The notes beneath the pieces were generated by a model. That model saw nothing but the letters and a program-made list of their open reading frames with translations. It ran no database searches and had not been told where the DNA came from. Shown here one piece after another: positions 1-13,727 of a DNA stretch of 64,000 nucleotides. The DNA lies in the NCBI GenBank assembly GCA_003223395.1, contig QHUZ01000040.1, forward strand, positions 5,381 to 69,380, given 5' to 3'. Source of the DNA: Gemmatimonadota bacterium. GTDB lineage: Bacteria > Gemmatimonadota > Gemmatimonadetes > Gemmatimonadales > GWC2-71-9. The first letter of the stretch is position 1, and every line of letters starts with the position of its first letter. The translations under genes were made by a program, and so were the position numbers.

Positions 1-1
1 G

Positions 2-225
2 GCGCGGCGCAGGGTGAGCGCGGTGGGGATCGATACGCCGAGCATCGATTACGGCCAAACGAAGAATTACGGCGTGCATCGCCGCCTGTTCGCGGCGAAC
101 ATCCCGGCGTTCGAGAACGTGGCCCACATGGAGGAGCTGCCGCTGACGGGTGCGTTCGTCATCGCGCTGCCGATGAAGATCACGGGCGGCAGCGGCGGGC
201 CGCTCCGGATCGTGGCTTTGCTCCC

Positions 226-229
<4 letters not shown>
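2..229 (+). CDS. Cyclase-family protein (arylformamidase/kynurenine formamidase-like), C-terminal fragment; the 5' end lies outside the window
   Basis: The frame of track ORF 14..229 is open to the left edge. The tail GIDTPSIDYGQTKNYGVHRRLF...LPMKITGGSGGPLRIVALLP resembles the C-terminal part of putative-cyclase (PF04199-type) proteins. Stop TAG is at 227-229. Confidence 0.55.
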
Positions 230-1381
<1,152 letters not shown>

Positions 1382-1428
1382 CGGGAGCCTCAGGAGCCTC
1401 GGGTGAGTCGACGGACCGTCCGTACGTA

Positions 1429-1470
1429 ATAAAGCAAAACTCCCCGCCCGGCCAGAGCCGGACGGGGAGT
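1429..1470 (-). terminator. Rho-independent terminator downstream of the 1490-2611 lipoprotein gene
   Basis: The minus strand reads ACTCCCCGTCCGGC-TCTG-GCCGGGCGGGGAGT, a 14-bp stem including one G-U pair (1439-1470). It is followed by TTTGCTTTATTA and lies about 20 nt after the gene's stop. Confidence 0.6.
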
Positions 1471-1489
1471 CAGTCTTGCTCCTGCGCGC

Positions 1490-2611
1490 TTACAGGCCGG
1501 CGAACGTTCCGACCGGTGCGAAGAGGTTCGAGACCGTATTCCCGAAGTTCTCGAACGCGTCGAAGAGATCTGCGAGCGCTTGCAAGTCCGCCACGGTCAG
1601 CGGCTCGCCACCCGCATCGACCCAATGCGTCGCGGGATCGGTCGGATCGCCGCTGATCGACGCCACGGGATGGCCGTCCACAGAGACCGTGACGCTGACG
1701 GTGACCGCGCCGCTCAGATTGTTGATCGTGATGTGGCCGACCGCACGGATCGTCTCACCGTTTTGAATCAACCGGAAGTCGGCGCCGATGATGATGTTCG
1801 GGTCGTTGAACGTGACCGACTCGTTGAGCATCAACGTGATCGCCGGGTTGTTCAGCGAGAAGGTCGCATGCACGCTCGCGCCGCTCGCGTTGACCGAAAG
1901 TGTTTCGTCGAACGAGAGCGTCTTGTTGGTGCCGCCGCTGAGCCCGTTCGTGATGGTTCCGGACACGCTCGCGCTCGCGGAAGTGAAGGAGGTGGTCACC
2001 GAGGCCGTGTAGTCGACATACGTCGTCGTCCCACCCGGACCTTTGACGAGCACCTGCGCCTGGAGCTTGGTCGGCGTGCTCTGATCGATGATGTCGAGCG
2101 TGCCGATCGCGCTCACCGGCTCGACGACCTGTCCATCCAGTCCGGTCGCATAGAGGACGAATCGCACGCCGGTGAGATTCGCGACCGTCGTGCCCTGATA
2201 CCGATACTGGTTGAGTGCGGTATCCCACTCGAAGACCCGACCGTACATCGTGTCGGGGATGATGCGGCCCTGCGCGGCTGACACGCTGAGGTTCGGCACC
2301 ATGGCCTGGAGCTTCTGCGCCTGCCGCATGGCGGGGAGGAAGATTCGGGCGCCGCTCTGCACCAGCTTGGGCCGGAGCGTCTCGATCAGCGTGGCCGTCG
2401 GGCGGAAGGCTGGAGCAGTGGCAACGTCGAGCATCACCGAAGCCGTCGAGAAGCTGCGGAAGACGTCGCTATCGAACGCGGAGTCGACCGATGAGAGATT
2501 CGCCGACACCGCCGCCGGATCGTTGAAGTCGACCGGGGACGGCGCGTCTTTGCCGCACGCGACCATCGCCGCTAAGCCGACCACGACTCCGGCACGAAGG
2601 AGCAACCGCAT
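1490..2611 (-). CDS. Hypothetical lipoprotein (Thr/Ser/Asn-rich, beta-rich)
   Basis: Track ORF 1490..2656. The preferred start is ATG 2611, with GGAGG 5 nt upstream, giving MRLLLRAGVVVGLAAMVAC (signal peptide plus lipobox Cys). No family recognised. Confidence 0.6.
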   Translation of the reverse strand: MRLLLRAGVVVGLAAMVACGKDAPSPVDFNDPAAVSANLSSVDSAFDSDVFRSFSTASVMLDVATAPAFRPTATLIETLRPKLVQSGARIFLPAMRQAQKLQAMVPNLSVSAAQGRIIPDTMYGRVFEWDTALNQYRYQGTTVANLTGVRFVLYATGLDGQVVEPVSAIGTLDIIDQSTPTKLQAQVLVKGPGGTTTYVDYTASVTTSFTSASASVSGTITNGLSGGTNKTLSFDETLSVNASGASVHATFSLNNPAITLMLNESVTFNDPNIIIGADFRLIQNGETIRAVGHITINNLSGAVTVSVTVSVDGHPVASISGDPTDPATHWVDAGGEPLTVADLQALADLFDAFENFGNTVSNLFAPVGTFAGL

Positions 2612-2701
2612 ACAACCTCCCGAGAGGAATTGTGGGGACGAAACTGAATTCTGCACGCGCAGCGACCGGAGGCGCTGTGACAGCCGGCACGCCAGGGCAG
2701 G

Positions 2702-3754
2702 CTAGCGGATTACGCCGCCACCCAGTAGGCGATCGCTGGCGTCGTACAGCACGCCGGACTGTCCAGGCGCGATCGCCCGTACCGGCTCTGCGAGCCGGAG
2801 CGCGATGCAGCCGTCCGCCTGCGCAGCAATCGTGCCGGGGACGGCACGCGCGCGATAGCGGCATTGCACCCACACCGCGTCACCTGGCGAAAGCGGATCG
2901 GCGAGCCAGTTGACCTCTTCGAGAGACACGTCGTGTCCGAACAACTCTGGGCCGGGGCCGACGACGACTTCGCGCGACTCGGGCCGGATCGCGATGACGT
3001 AGAGCGCCTCACGGGAGCCGCCGGGGAGCCCGCGGCGCTGGCCGATGGTGTAGCGCGCGAAGCCGTCGTGTTCGCCGATCACTTCGCCGCTCGTGGTGAC
3101 GAGCGGGCCGGGCACCAGCGCCGGTGCATCGGCGGGAAGATGTTGCTCGAGGACCGCCACGTAATTGTCGTCCGGGACGAAACAGATCTCGACGGACTCC
3201 TGCTTGTCCGCCGTCACCAATCCCAGCCGCCGCGCCACGGTCCGCGTCTGCTCCTTGGTGAGATCGCCGACGGGCGTGAGCATGCGGCGCACCACGGCGC
3301 GATCGATTCCCCACAGGAAGTACGACTGATCCTTCTGGCGGTCGCGGCCGCGGAACAGCGCGCCGCCGGCGGCGATCGCGTAGTGCCCGGTGGCAATCGC
3401 GTCGCAGTCCAGCGCGTCCGCATGATAGAGGAAGTCGCGGAACTTGGTGAACGAGTTACACCGCACGCAGGGAATCGGTGTCCGCCCGCGCGCGTACTCG
3501 GCCACGAAATTGTCGATCACGTCGTGCCCGAACCGGTCCTCGAGATTGAGGACGTAGTGCGGAATGCCGAGCTTGTGCGCGACGAGCTTGGCGTCGGTGA
3601 TCGAGTCGAGGGAGCAGCAGGGACGGTCGGGGACACTGTCGCCGTAACAGAACAGCTTCATCGTCGCACCGATGACCTCGTGACCCCGCTCGACGAGCAG
3701 CGCCGCGGCGACCGATGAGTCGACGCCGCCCGACATCGCGACCAGGACTCTCAT
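2702..3754 (-). CDS. mnmA: tRNA-specific 2-thiouridylase MnmA
   Basis: Track ORF 2702..3940. The real start is the internal ATG at 3754 (MRVLVAMSGGVDSS, PP-loop). CVRCN and ATGHYA motifs are present. The start forms an ATGA overlap with the stop of the upstream desulfurase. Confidence 0.9.
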   Translation of the reverse strand: MRVLVAMSGGVDSSVAAALLVERGHEVIGATMKLFCYGDSVPDRPCCSLDSITDAKLVAHKLGIPHYVLNLEDRFGHDVIDNFVAEYARGRTPIPCVRCNSFTKFRDFLYHADALDCDAIATGHYAIAAGGALFRGRDRQKDQSYFLWGIDRAVVRRMLTPVGDLTKEQTRTVARRLGLVTADKQESVEICFVPDDNYVAVLEQHLPADAPALVPGPLVTTSGEVIGEHDGFARYTIGQRRGLPGGSREALYVIAIRPESREVVVGPGPELFGHDVSLEEVNWLADPLSPGDAVWVQCRYRARAVPGTIAAQADGCIALRLAEPVRAIAPGQSGVLYDASDRLLGGGVIR

Positions 3755-4935
3755 CGGTGCAGGACGGTCGAGAGCGACCGCACCTTCTCGACAATGCGGG
3801 GCAGGGCGGCGGCGACGGCCTCGACGTCGTCGGCCGTACTGTCCTTGCCGAACGAGAACCGCAGCGCCGCCACGCCCAGCTCGCGCGGCACGCCCATCGC
3901 CGTGAGCACGTGCGAGGGCTCGATCGCCCCAGTGCTGCACGCGGAGCCGGACGAGCAGGCGATCCCCGCGAGGTCGAGGTGCATCAGCAACGCTTCGCTG
4001 TCCGTCCCGGGGATCGATACGTTCGAGATGTGGGGTGCGCGCGCGCCCTGCCCACCGTTGATGAGCGCATCCGGGACGACCGCGACCAGACGCCGCTCCA
4101 GCTCGTCGCGCAGCTCGCCGAGTCGCACCGCCAGGCCCTGCTGCTCTTCAGCGGCCAGACGGGCGGCCACGCCCAACCCGACGATGCCGGGCACGTTTTC
4201 GGTCCCGGGCCGAATCCCGAACTGCTGGCCGCCGCCGTGGATGATCGCCTCGACTGCCTTGCGGTCGCGCACGATCAGTGCGCCGACGCCCTTGGGAGCG
4301 CCGATCTTATGGCCGGAGATGGTGAGGAGTGTGCAGCCCGAGTCGCGGAACGAGACCGGAACCTTGCCGAATGCCTGGACAGCGTCCGAGTGAAACAGGA
4401 CGCCCGCGTCGCTACATCGCGTGGCCAGCTCGGCCACGGGCTGGACCGTCCCAACCTCGTTGTTCACCCACATCACACTCACGATCGCGACGCCGCCCCC
4501 CCCCCGCGCGAGTGCCTTGTCGAGCGCGCCGTTCTCGACCTGTCCAGAAGCCGTGACCGGGAGGATGACCTCCTCGCCGCCCAGATGCTTCACGGCATGC
4601 GCCGCGGCGAGCGCCGCCTTGTGCTCGGTGGCGGCGACGGCGACGCGGAACGGACCGCCGCGGTCCCTGGCCGCGAGCGCCGCGCCGATGATCGCCAGGT
4701 TGTCGGCCTCCGTGCCGCCGGAGGTAAAGACGACCTGATTCGGCTCGGAGCCGACGGCAGCGGCAACCGCGCGCTTCGCCTCTTCGATCCCTGCGCGCGC
4801 CGCGCGTCCGAACCGATGCGCGGAGGAGGGGTTGCCGAAGGCTTCCTTCCCGAGATAGGGAAGCATCGCCTCCAGCACCTCCGGCCGTACCGGAGTCGTC
4901 GCGGCGTTGTCGAGATAGGTGATGCGCTTGGTCAT
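3751..4935 (-). CDS. Cysteine desulfurase (class I NifS/IscS family; YrvO-like partner of MnmA)
   Basis: 394 aa. PLP-Lys context ISGHKIGAPKGVGAL and persulfide loop SSGSACSTG are present. It sits immediately upstream of mnmA, as in the B. subtilis yrvO-mnmA arrangement. Confidence 0.9.
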   Translation of the reverse strand: MTKRITYLDNAATTPVRPEVLEAMLPYLGKEAFGNPSSAHRFGRAARAGIEEAKRAVAAAVGSEPNQVVFTSGGTEADNLAIIGAALAARDRGGPFRVAVAATEHKAALAAAHAVKHLGGEEVILPVTASGQVENGALDKALARGGGGVAIVSVMWVNNEVGTVQPVAELATRCSDAGVLFHSDAVQAFGKVPVSFRDSGCTLLTISGHKIGAPKGVGALIVRDRKAVEAIIHGGGQQFGIRPGTENVPGIVGLGVAARLAAEEQQGLAVRLGELRDELERRLVAVVPDALINGGQGARAPHISNVSIPGTDSEALLMHLDLAGIACSSGSACSTGAIEPSHVLTAMGVPRELGVAALRFSFGKDSTADDVEAVAAALPRIVEKVRSLSTVLHR

Positions 4936-4954
4936 GGAAGGCGCAATCTACCAA

Positions 4955-5545
4955 CTACATGGACTGGACGCCAAGCTGCAGCACGTCATCGACTTCGTGC
5001 GTCTCGCTCGTGTAGAACGGCTCGCCATAACGGCGCCGGATCAGGGATCCGTAGTGCGCCGCTTGAACCCGGATCAACTCGTACAGATCCTGCCCGGTAG
5101 GATGGATCTCTCCAGCGGCCTTCGCGCCGGTGAACTGTGATGCATAGCAGCGGACTGCCTCCATCTTCGTTTCGAACACCCCCGAAATATCCACGACGAA
5201 CGTCGGCTTCACGGGGTCCTCTCGATAGGCGAGCGCGTACAGCACCTTGAACGGCCGATGGGCCTCGCCCCCCTTGCCGGGCTCGTACTTGGCGAGTCCG
5301 GCCAGATAGCATGCATCGCGCGCCAGCTCGGAGGCGATTCGGTGATCGGGGTGTCGACCAACAGGGAAGGGCAGGATGACGACTCTCGGTCTGAGCTGGC
5401 GAATGAATGTCACGATCTCTTTTCTCGACGCGGCCTTCGCGAGTGTGCCGCCGCAGGTGAGTTCGACGTCGTCCCGATGCGCCGCGATCGCTAACAGGTC
5501 AACGGGTTGACCGTCCGGCCGACCGACCGTCGGACCGTCATTCAT
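4955..5545 (-). CDS. PIG-L/LmbE-family deacetylase (BshB1-like), unusually short
   Basis: 196 aa. It has VDLLAIAAHRDDVELTCGG (family motif AHPDD, but with Arg in place of Pro) and GRHPDH. The segment normally found between these motifs appears to be missing. The start overlaps the stop of the last permease by 8 nt. Confidence 0.6.
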   Translation of the reverse strand: MNDGPTVGRPDGQPVDLLAIAAHRDDVELTCGGTLAKAASRKEIVTFIRQLRPRVVILPFPVGRHPDHRIASELARDACYLAGLAKYEPGKGGEAHRPFKVLYALAYREDPVKPTFVVDISGVFETKMEAVRCYASQFTGAKAAGEIHPTGQDLYELIRVQAAHYGSLIRRRYGEPFYTSETHEVDDVLQLGVQSM

Positions 5546-6782
5546 ACCGCAGCGCCTCCACTGGGTCGAGTTTCGCCGCGCGGGCGGCAGGAGCGATTCC
5601 GAAGACCAGGCCCACGAGAATCGACGCGACGGTGGCGATCGCCGCTGGCACCACGGGGATCGTCGTGCTGAACGCGAGCAGTCGCTTCAACACTTCCCCG
5701 ACGCCCACGCCCAGCGCGATGCCGATGATGCCGCCGAGCAGCGTCAGCGTGGCCGCCTCGACGAGGAATTGCCACAGGATGGCGCGGCGCGTGGCGCCGA
5801 GGGCTTTGCGCAGGCCGATCTCCCGGGTTCGGCTCGTCACGGAAACCATCATGATCGCCATCACCCCGATGCCTCCCACCATCAGCGCGATGCTGGAGAG
5901 CACGAGCATCACGAAGAAGAACGCAAACGTCAGGCTGTCGAAGATACTCAGGACCTGATCGGAGGTGAGCAAATCGAACGTACTGGCGTCGCCGACGCGG
6001 AGCCCACGCAACCGGCGCAACGTGACCGTGGCAGCATCCATCGCGCGGCTGACGCTGATCTCCGGCTTTGGCTTCACGAGAATGATCAGGCTGTTCCACT
6101 CGTCGATGATGAAGCTGCGCCGCGCCGCCTCGAACGGCACTACCGCGGCGATCTCGGGCGCCCCCGGCACCTCGAAGATATTCGTGGGTCGTTGCCAGAC
6201 CCCGATGACCTTGAACGGATGCCCCCCGATCCGGATGACGCGGCCGAGCGGATTGACGGCGCCGAACAGCCGGTCGATGGTCCGCTGCTCCACAATCGCG
6301 ATCGGCTGACCACCGCGCAGCTCGGCCGCGGTGAACGAACGGCCGGACGAGATGCCGCCGCCGAGGATTTCCATAAAGCGGTCGTCGGCACCGAACACCC
6401 CGAGAATGCGCGTGTGATTTCCGCCGTACTCGAACCGCTGAAAGACCTGGGTCCAGATCGCGGCGTAGTGGATTTCGGGCAGTCGCGCGATCGCCGCGGC
6501 GTCCTGCGGGAGCAGTTTGGGTCGAATGCGCACCTCGCGCGGCACCGCGTCGGGGTTCACGCCGGTCGTGGAGAAATAGCGGAGCACGCGGAAGGTCGTC
6601 GGCCCGACGACCTCGAGTGTATTGACGATCTGTTCGCGGAAGCCGGCGACGATGGAGGCCATCGCCATGACCGTTGCGATGCCGATGACGACGCCGAGCA
6701 CCGTGAGCGCGGAGCGCAGCTTGTTGGCGCGCAGCTGATCGAGCGCAATGCGCCAACCCTCGCGGAGGGAGTGGAGTTTCAT
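5538..6782 (-). CDS. FtsX/MacB-type ABC permease, subtype A (third copy)
   Basis: 414 aa. N-terminal TM (ALTVLGVVIGIATVMAMA), about 230 aa of periplasmic domain, then three C-terminal TMs. Motifs GGIGVMAIMMVSVTSRTREIGLRKALGATRR and C-terminus DPVEALRYE. Confidence 0.85.
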   Translation of the reverse strand: MKLHSLREGWRIALDQLRANKLRSALTVLGVVIGIATVMAMASIVAGFREQIVNTLEVVGPTTFRVLRYFSTTGVNPDAVPREVRIRPKLLPQDAAAIARLPEIHYAAIWTQVFQRFEYGGNHTRILGVFGADDRFMEILGGGISSGRSFTAAELRGGQPIAIVEQRTIDRLFGAVNPLGRVIRIGGHPFKVIGVWQRPTNIFEVPGAPEIAAVVPFEAARRSFIIDEWNSLIILVKPKPEISVSRAMDAATVTLRRLRGLRVGDASTFDLLTSDQVLSIFDSLTFAFFFVMLVLSSIALMVGGIGVMAIMMVSVTSRTREIGLRKALGATRRAILWQFLVEAATLTLLGGIIGIALGVGVGEVLKRLLAFSTTIPVVPAAIATVASILVGLVFGIAPAARAAKLDPVEALRYE

Positions 6783-8027
<1,245 letters not shown>

Positions 8028-8037
8028 GGTCTACAAA

Positions 8038-9275
8038 CTACTCGTATCGGAGCGCCTCGACGGGATCCAGTCTCGCGGCCCGACTGGCGGGATACAAACC
8101 GAAGCCGATGCCGGTCAGCGCCGACGCGAGGAGCGCCGCGACGATTGACCAGAGCGGCACGTTGGCCGGGATGGGTGTGACACGCGAGATCAGGAATGCG
8201 AGCGCGCCGCCGCACAGCATGCCGACCGCACCGCCCACGAGCGTGAGGGTCGACGCTTCGACCAGGAACTGCCACAGGATGGCGCGGCGCGTCGCTCCCA
8301 GCGCCTTACGGACGCCGATCTCTCGCGTTCGCTCGGTCACCGAGATCATCATGATGGCGATCACCCCCACGCCGCCCACCATCAAGCCGATCGACGACAG
8401 CACCAGCATCACGAGGAAGAACATCCCCGTCACCTTGTTCCACGAGTCGAGCAGCTTGTCCTGGGTCACGATCGAGAAATTGTTTTCGTCGCTCGGCTTG
8501 AGCCCGCGGATCGAGCGCAGCGTCGCGACGACCTCGTCCATCGACTCCTGTTGGCTGTATTCGGGCGCCGGCGCGACGGCGAGCCGCATCCAGCCTTTGA
8601 AGTACGGCACGTGCTTGACGAACGCGCCGTGCGGAATGCCCACGAACGGCGGCGCCGCACCGCTGAACAGACTCGGCGGCTGCGCGTAGACACCGATGAC
8701 GGTGAACCGCGCGCCGGCGATGTGGATCGTCTGGCCGATCGGATCGCGCCCGCGAAACAGCTGATCCTCGAGCTTCCGATTGATCACGGCGACGGCGCTG
8801 TTGGAGAGGTCCTCGAGCCGAGTGAACGTGCGGCCGGGATACACGTCGCCGCCGTTCACCTCCACCCATTCCGCCGACAAGCCGGAGATGTTCACCGATT
8901 CGAGCCGCAGGGACCCGAACTCCACCGTCGCGGAGCTTTCCTCGCGGCGGGTCACATAACGGACCGACGGCAGCAGGCGGATCCGGTCGGCCTCGAGCTC
9001 GTTGATCGCGGGATTGCGGCGCCACGGGCTGCTTTCGTCCGAGCCGTCCGAGACGTTGATGCCGGCCTGGAAGAAGCGCCATACCAAGAACGTCCGCGGC
9101 GCGATCGACTCGAACACACCGGCGACGCTCTTGTTGATCCCGCTGATCATCGCGGCCATCAGCATCACGACCATCACGCCGATGGCGACGCCCAGAATCG
9201 TGAGCGCCGCACGCGCCTTGCTGGCGCGAAGCGACGCGAGCGCAATCCCTACGCCTTCGAAGAGGCTTCCCCCCG

Positions 9276-9279
<4 letters not shown>
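8038..9279 (-). CDS. FtsX/MacB-type ABC permease, subtype A (second copy)
   Basis: Track ORF 8038..9393. The preferred start is ATG 9279 (MTGGSLFEGVGIALASLRASKARAALTILGVAIGV), in an ATGA overlap with the upstream stop. Motifs GGVGVIAIMMISVTERTREIGVRKALGATRR and DPVEALRYE. Confidence 0.85.
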
Positions 9280-10520
<1,241 letters not shown>

Positions 10521-10522
10521 CG

Positions 10523-11752
10523 TTACTCGTATCGCAGCGCCTCGACAGGATCCAGGCGCGCCGCCTTGCTTGCGGGATAAATCCCGAACAGCAATCCGGT
10601 GACGGCGGCCGCGATCAACGCGGTGATGATAGAGCCGACGGGCACGTACGCCGGGACGGGCGTGAAGTTGTGCAGCACAAAGGCGATGATCCAGCCGATG
10701 ACCATGCCGACGATGCCGCCGACGAGTGTCAGCGTCGCGGCTTCGACGAGGAACTGCCACATGACTTCTCGCTTCGTCGCGCCGAGCGCCTTGCGCACGC
10801 CGATCTCCCGCGTCCGCTCGGTCACGGAAATCATCATAATGGCGACGACGCCGATTCCTCCGACGATCAACCCCACCATCGACAGCGCGACCATGAGTGC
10901 ACGGGCCACGAAGGTAAACTGGTCGATCGCCTTCACGTACACCTCCTGCGTGACCGCATCGAAGTTGTTCTTCTGTCCGGGTCTGAGCCCGCGCATCGTC
11001 CGCATCGCCATGGTCACATCATCGATGGCGTGCTGGGTCGACACCGAGTCTTGCGGAACCACGAACATGTCCATCCAGCCGGGCCAGTACCGCAGGTCCT
11101 TTTGGAAGGTGCCGTGGGGCATCATGACCTCGGGCCGATCGCCATCGCCGAACATCCGGGGCGGGGGATTGTAGACTCCGACCACGTCGTACGGCAGCCC
11201 GCCGATCTTGATGCGACGATTCATCGGGTCGCGCTGCCCGAACAGGTTTTCGGCCAGCTTGCTGTTGATGACCGCGACGTGGGCGTTGGATGCATCCTCG
11301 AGATGTGTGAACGAGCGGCCCGGCTCGATCAGCCCGCCTTCGATCTTCGGCCAATCGGCGTTCCGCCCGCGGATCCCGATCGCGGCCATCCGGCGGCCTT
11401 CGAATTCGATGTCGGCAGACGTGTACTCATCCACCACGACGAAGGCGACGGTCGGGAGCAGCGCCAACCGATTCGCTTCATCGACCGTGATCGGGGGACG
11501 GCGCCGCCAGGGATTCGGATCTTCCGGATCCTCGTCGTTCTGGCCACCCCAGTAGCGCCCGACCCAGAACGTCTTCGGGCCGAGCGACGCCAGCATATCC
11601 GTGACGCCCTTGTTGAAGCCGCTGATCAGGGCACCGATCACCATGACGACCGTGACACCGATCGCGACGCCCAGGATCGTCAGTGCGGCGCGCATCTTGT
11701 GCGCCCGCAGGGACACCAGAGCAATGCCGACGCCTTCGAACAGTGCGGTCAT
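10523..11752 (-). CDS. FtsX/MacB-type ABC permease, subtype A (first copy)
   Basis: 409 aa, starting MTALFEGVGIALVSLRAHKMRAALTILGVAIGV. Motifs GGIGVVAIMMISVTERTREIGVRKALGATKR and DPVEALRYE. Confidence 0.85.
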   Translation of the reverse strand: MTALFEGVGIALVSLRAHKMRAALTILGVAIGVTVVMVIGALISGFNKGVTDMLASLGPKTFWVGRYWGGQNDEDPEDPNPWRRRPPITVDEANRLALLPTVAFVVVDEYTSADIEFEGRRMAAIGIRGRNADWPKIEGGLIEPGRSFTHLEDASNAHVAVINSKLAENLFGQRDPMNRRIKIGGLPYDVVGVYNPPPRMFGDGDRPEVMMPHGTFQKDLRYWPGWMDMFVVPQDSVSTQHAIDDVTMAMRTMRGLRPGQKNNFDAVTQEVYVKAIDQFTFVARALMVALSMVGLIVGGIGVVAIMMISVTERTREIGVRKALGATKREVMWQFLVEAATLTLVGGIVGMVIGWIIAFVLHNFTPVPAYVPVGSIITALIAAAVTGLLFGIYPASKAARLDPVEALRYE

Positions 11753-11755
11753 GCG

Positions 11756-12994
11756 TTACTCCTGCCGCAGGGCGGTGATCGGATCGAGCTTCGCGGCCCG
11801 GCTCGCGGGATACACGCCGGCGACGACGCCGACTCCGGCTCCCATGATAACTCCGAGCACGACGGATGCAGGCGATACACTCGCCGGTAGCGGCGAGATC
11901 TTGTTGATCAGGATCGTGAGCCCGATCCCTGCGAAAATGCCGATTGCCGCGCCGACGGTCGCGATGGCGGTCGACTCGGCCAGGAACTGGCGCAGCACGT
12001 CCCGGCGCCGGGCGCCAAGCGATTTGCGCAGCCCGATTTCGCGCGTGCGTTCCGCGACCGCCATGAGCATGATGTTCATGATCACGATCCCACCGATGAC
12101 GAGCGACACCACCACGATCCCGGGAATGACGGTGACGAGAATGCGGCTGATCCCCGCCCAGAAGCGCTGCACGCCCTCGGAGGTATCGAGGACGAAGTTG
12201 TTGTCCTGCTTGGGCCGAAGATGGCGCCGGCCGCGCATGATCCCCTCGGCCTGCGACATCGCTTCCCGCATTTCGGGGTCCGAGCGTGCCTTGACGAGGA
12301 AGGCATCGAGAATGCCGGGTGGATTCACCAGGTTTTGCGCCGGTGAAAGGGCCGGGACAACGACGAAGCGGTCGAGGGGAAATCCGAGGATGCTGCCCTG
12401 ATGCTCCACGACACCGATGACGCGGTAGGGAACGCCGCCGATTCGCACACTCTTGCCGAGTGGCGTGCGGTCGACGAACAGCCGTTTGGCCACGGCATCG
12501 CCGAGTACGGCGACCGGAGCGCCCGAGCGATTCTCTTCGCCCGTGAACGGCCGGCCCATCGCGATGCCCAGATTCTTGATGTCGAAGTACCGCTCGCTCG
12601 CGGTGGTCAGCTCGATGTCGCGCGCTTCCTTATTGCCGTACGACACCGTGACTTGATCGCTCGACTGCCAGGCGGTCATCACGGGGACGGTGAGGCCCTC
12701 GCTGATCGCTTCGGCGTCGCTGAAGCGGATCCGCGGCCGCCGCGCCCATGCGCGCCACACCGAGTCGGGGACGTTCGGTGTGAACATCGGCCGGCGCCGC
12801 AGCTGGAAGGTGTTCACGCCGTAGAGCGTCTGCGCAAACTTCTCCGTCATGTAGCGGTTCACGCCATTCGCGATGGACCACGCGGCGATGAGCGACGCAA
12901 CGCCGATGAAGACGCCGAGCAGCGAGAAGCCGCTCTTCAGCTTCTGCGCCCGGATCGTTTGAATCGCAAGACGGAAGGCTTCGAAAAACGGCAC
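11756..12994 (-). CDS. FtsX/MacB-type ABC permease, subtype B (first copy)
   Basis: Track ORF 11756..13036. The preferred start is GTG 12994 (VPFFEAFRLAIQTIRAQKLKSGFS), 1 nt after the ATPase stop. Motifs GGIVIMNIMLMAVAERTREIGLRKSLGA and DPITALRQE. Confidence 0.8.
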   Translation of the reverse strand: MPFFEAFRLAIQTIRAQKLKSGFSLLGVFIGVASLIAAWSIANGVNRYMTEKFAQTLYGVNTFQLRRRPMFTPNVPDSVWRAWARRPRIRFSDAEAISEGLTVPVMTAWQSSDQVTVSYGNKEARDIELTTASERYFDIKNLGIAMGRPFTGEENRSGAPVAVLGDAVAKRLFVDRTPLGKSVRIGGVPYRVIGVVEHQGSILGFPLDRFVVVPALSPAQNLVNPPGILDAFLVKARSDPEMREAMSQAEGIMRGRRHLRPKQDNNFVLDTSEGVQRFWAGISRILVTVIPGIVVVSLVIGGIVIMNIMLMAVAERTREIGLRKSLGARRRDVLRQFLAESTAIATVGAAIGIFAGIGLTILINKISPLPASVSPASVVLGVIMGAGVGVVAGVYPASRAAKLDPITALRQE

Positions 12995-12995
12995 G

Positions 12996-13723
<728 letters not shown>

Positions 13724-13727
<4 letters not shown>

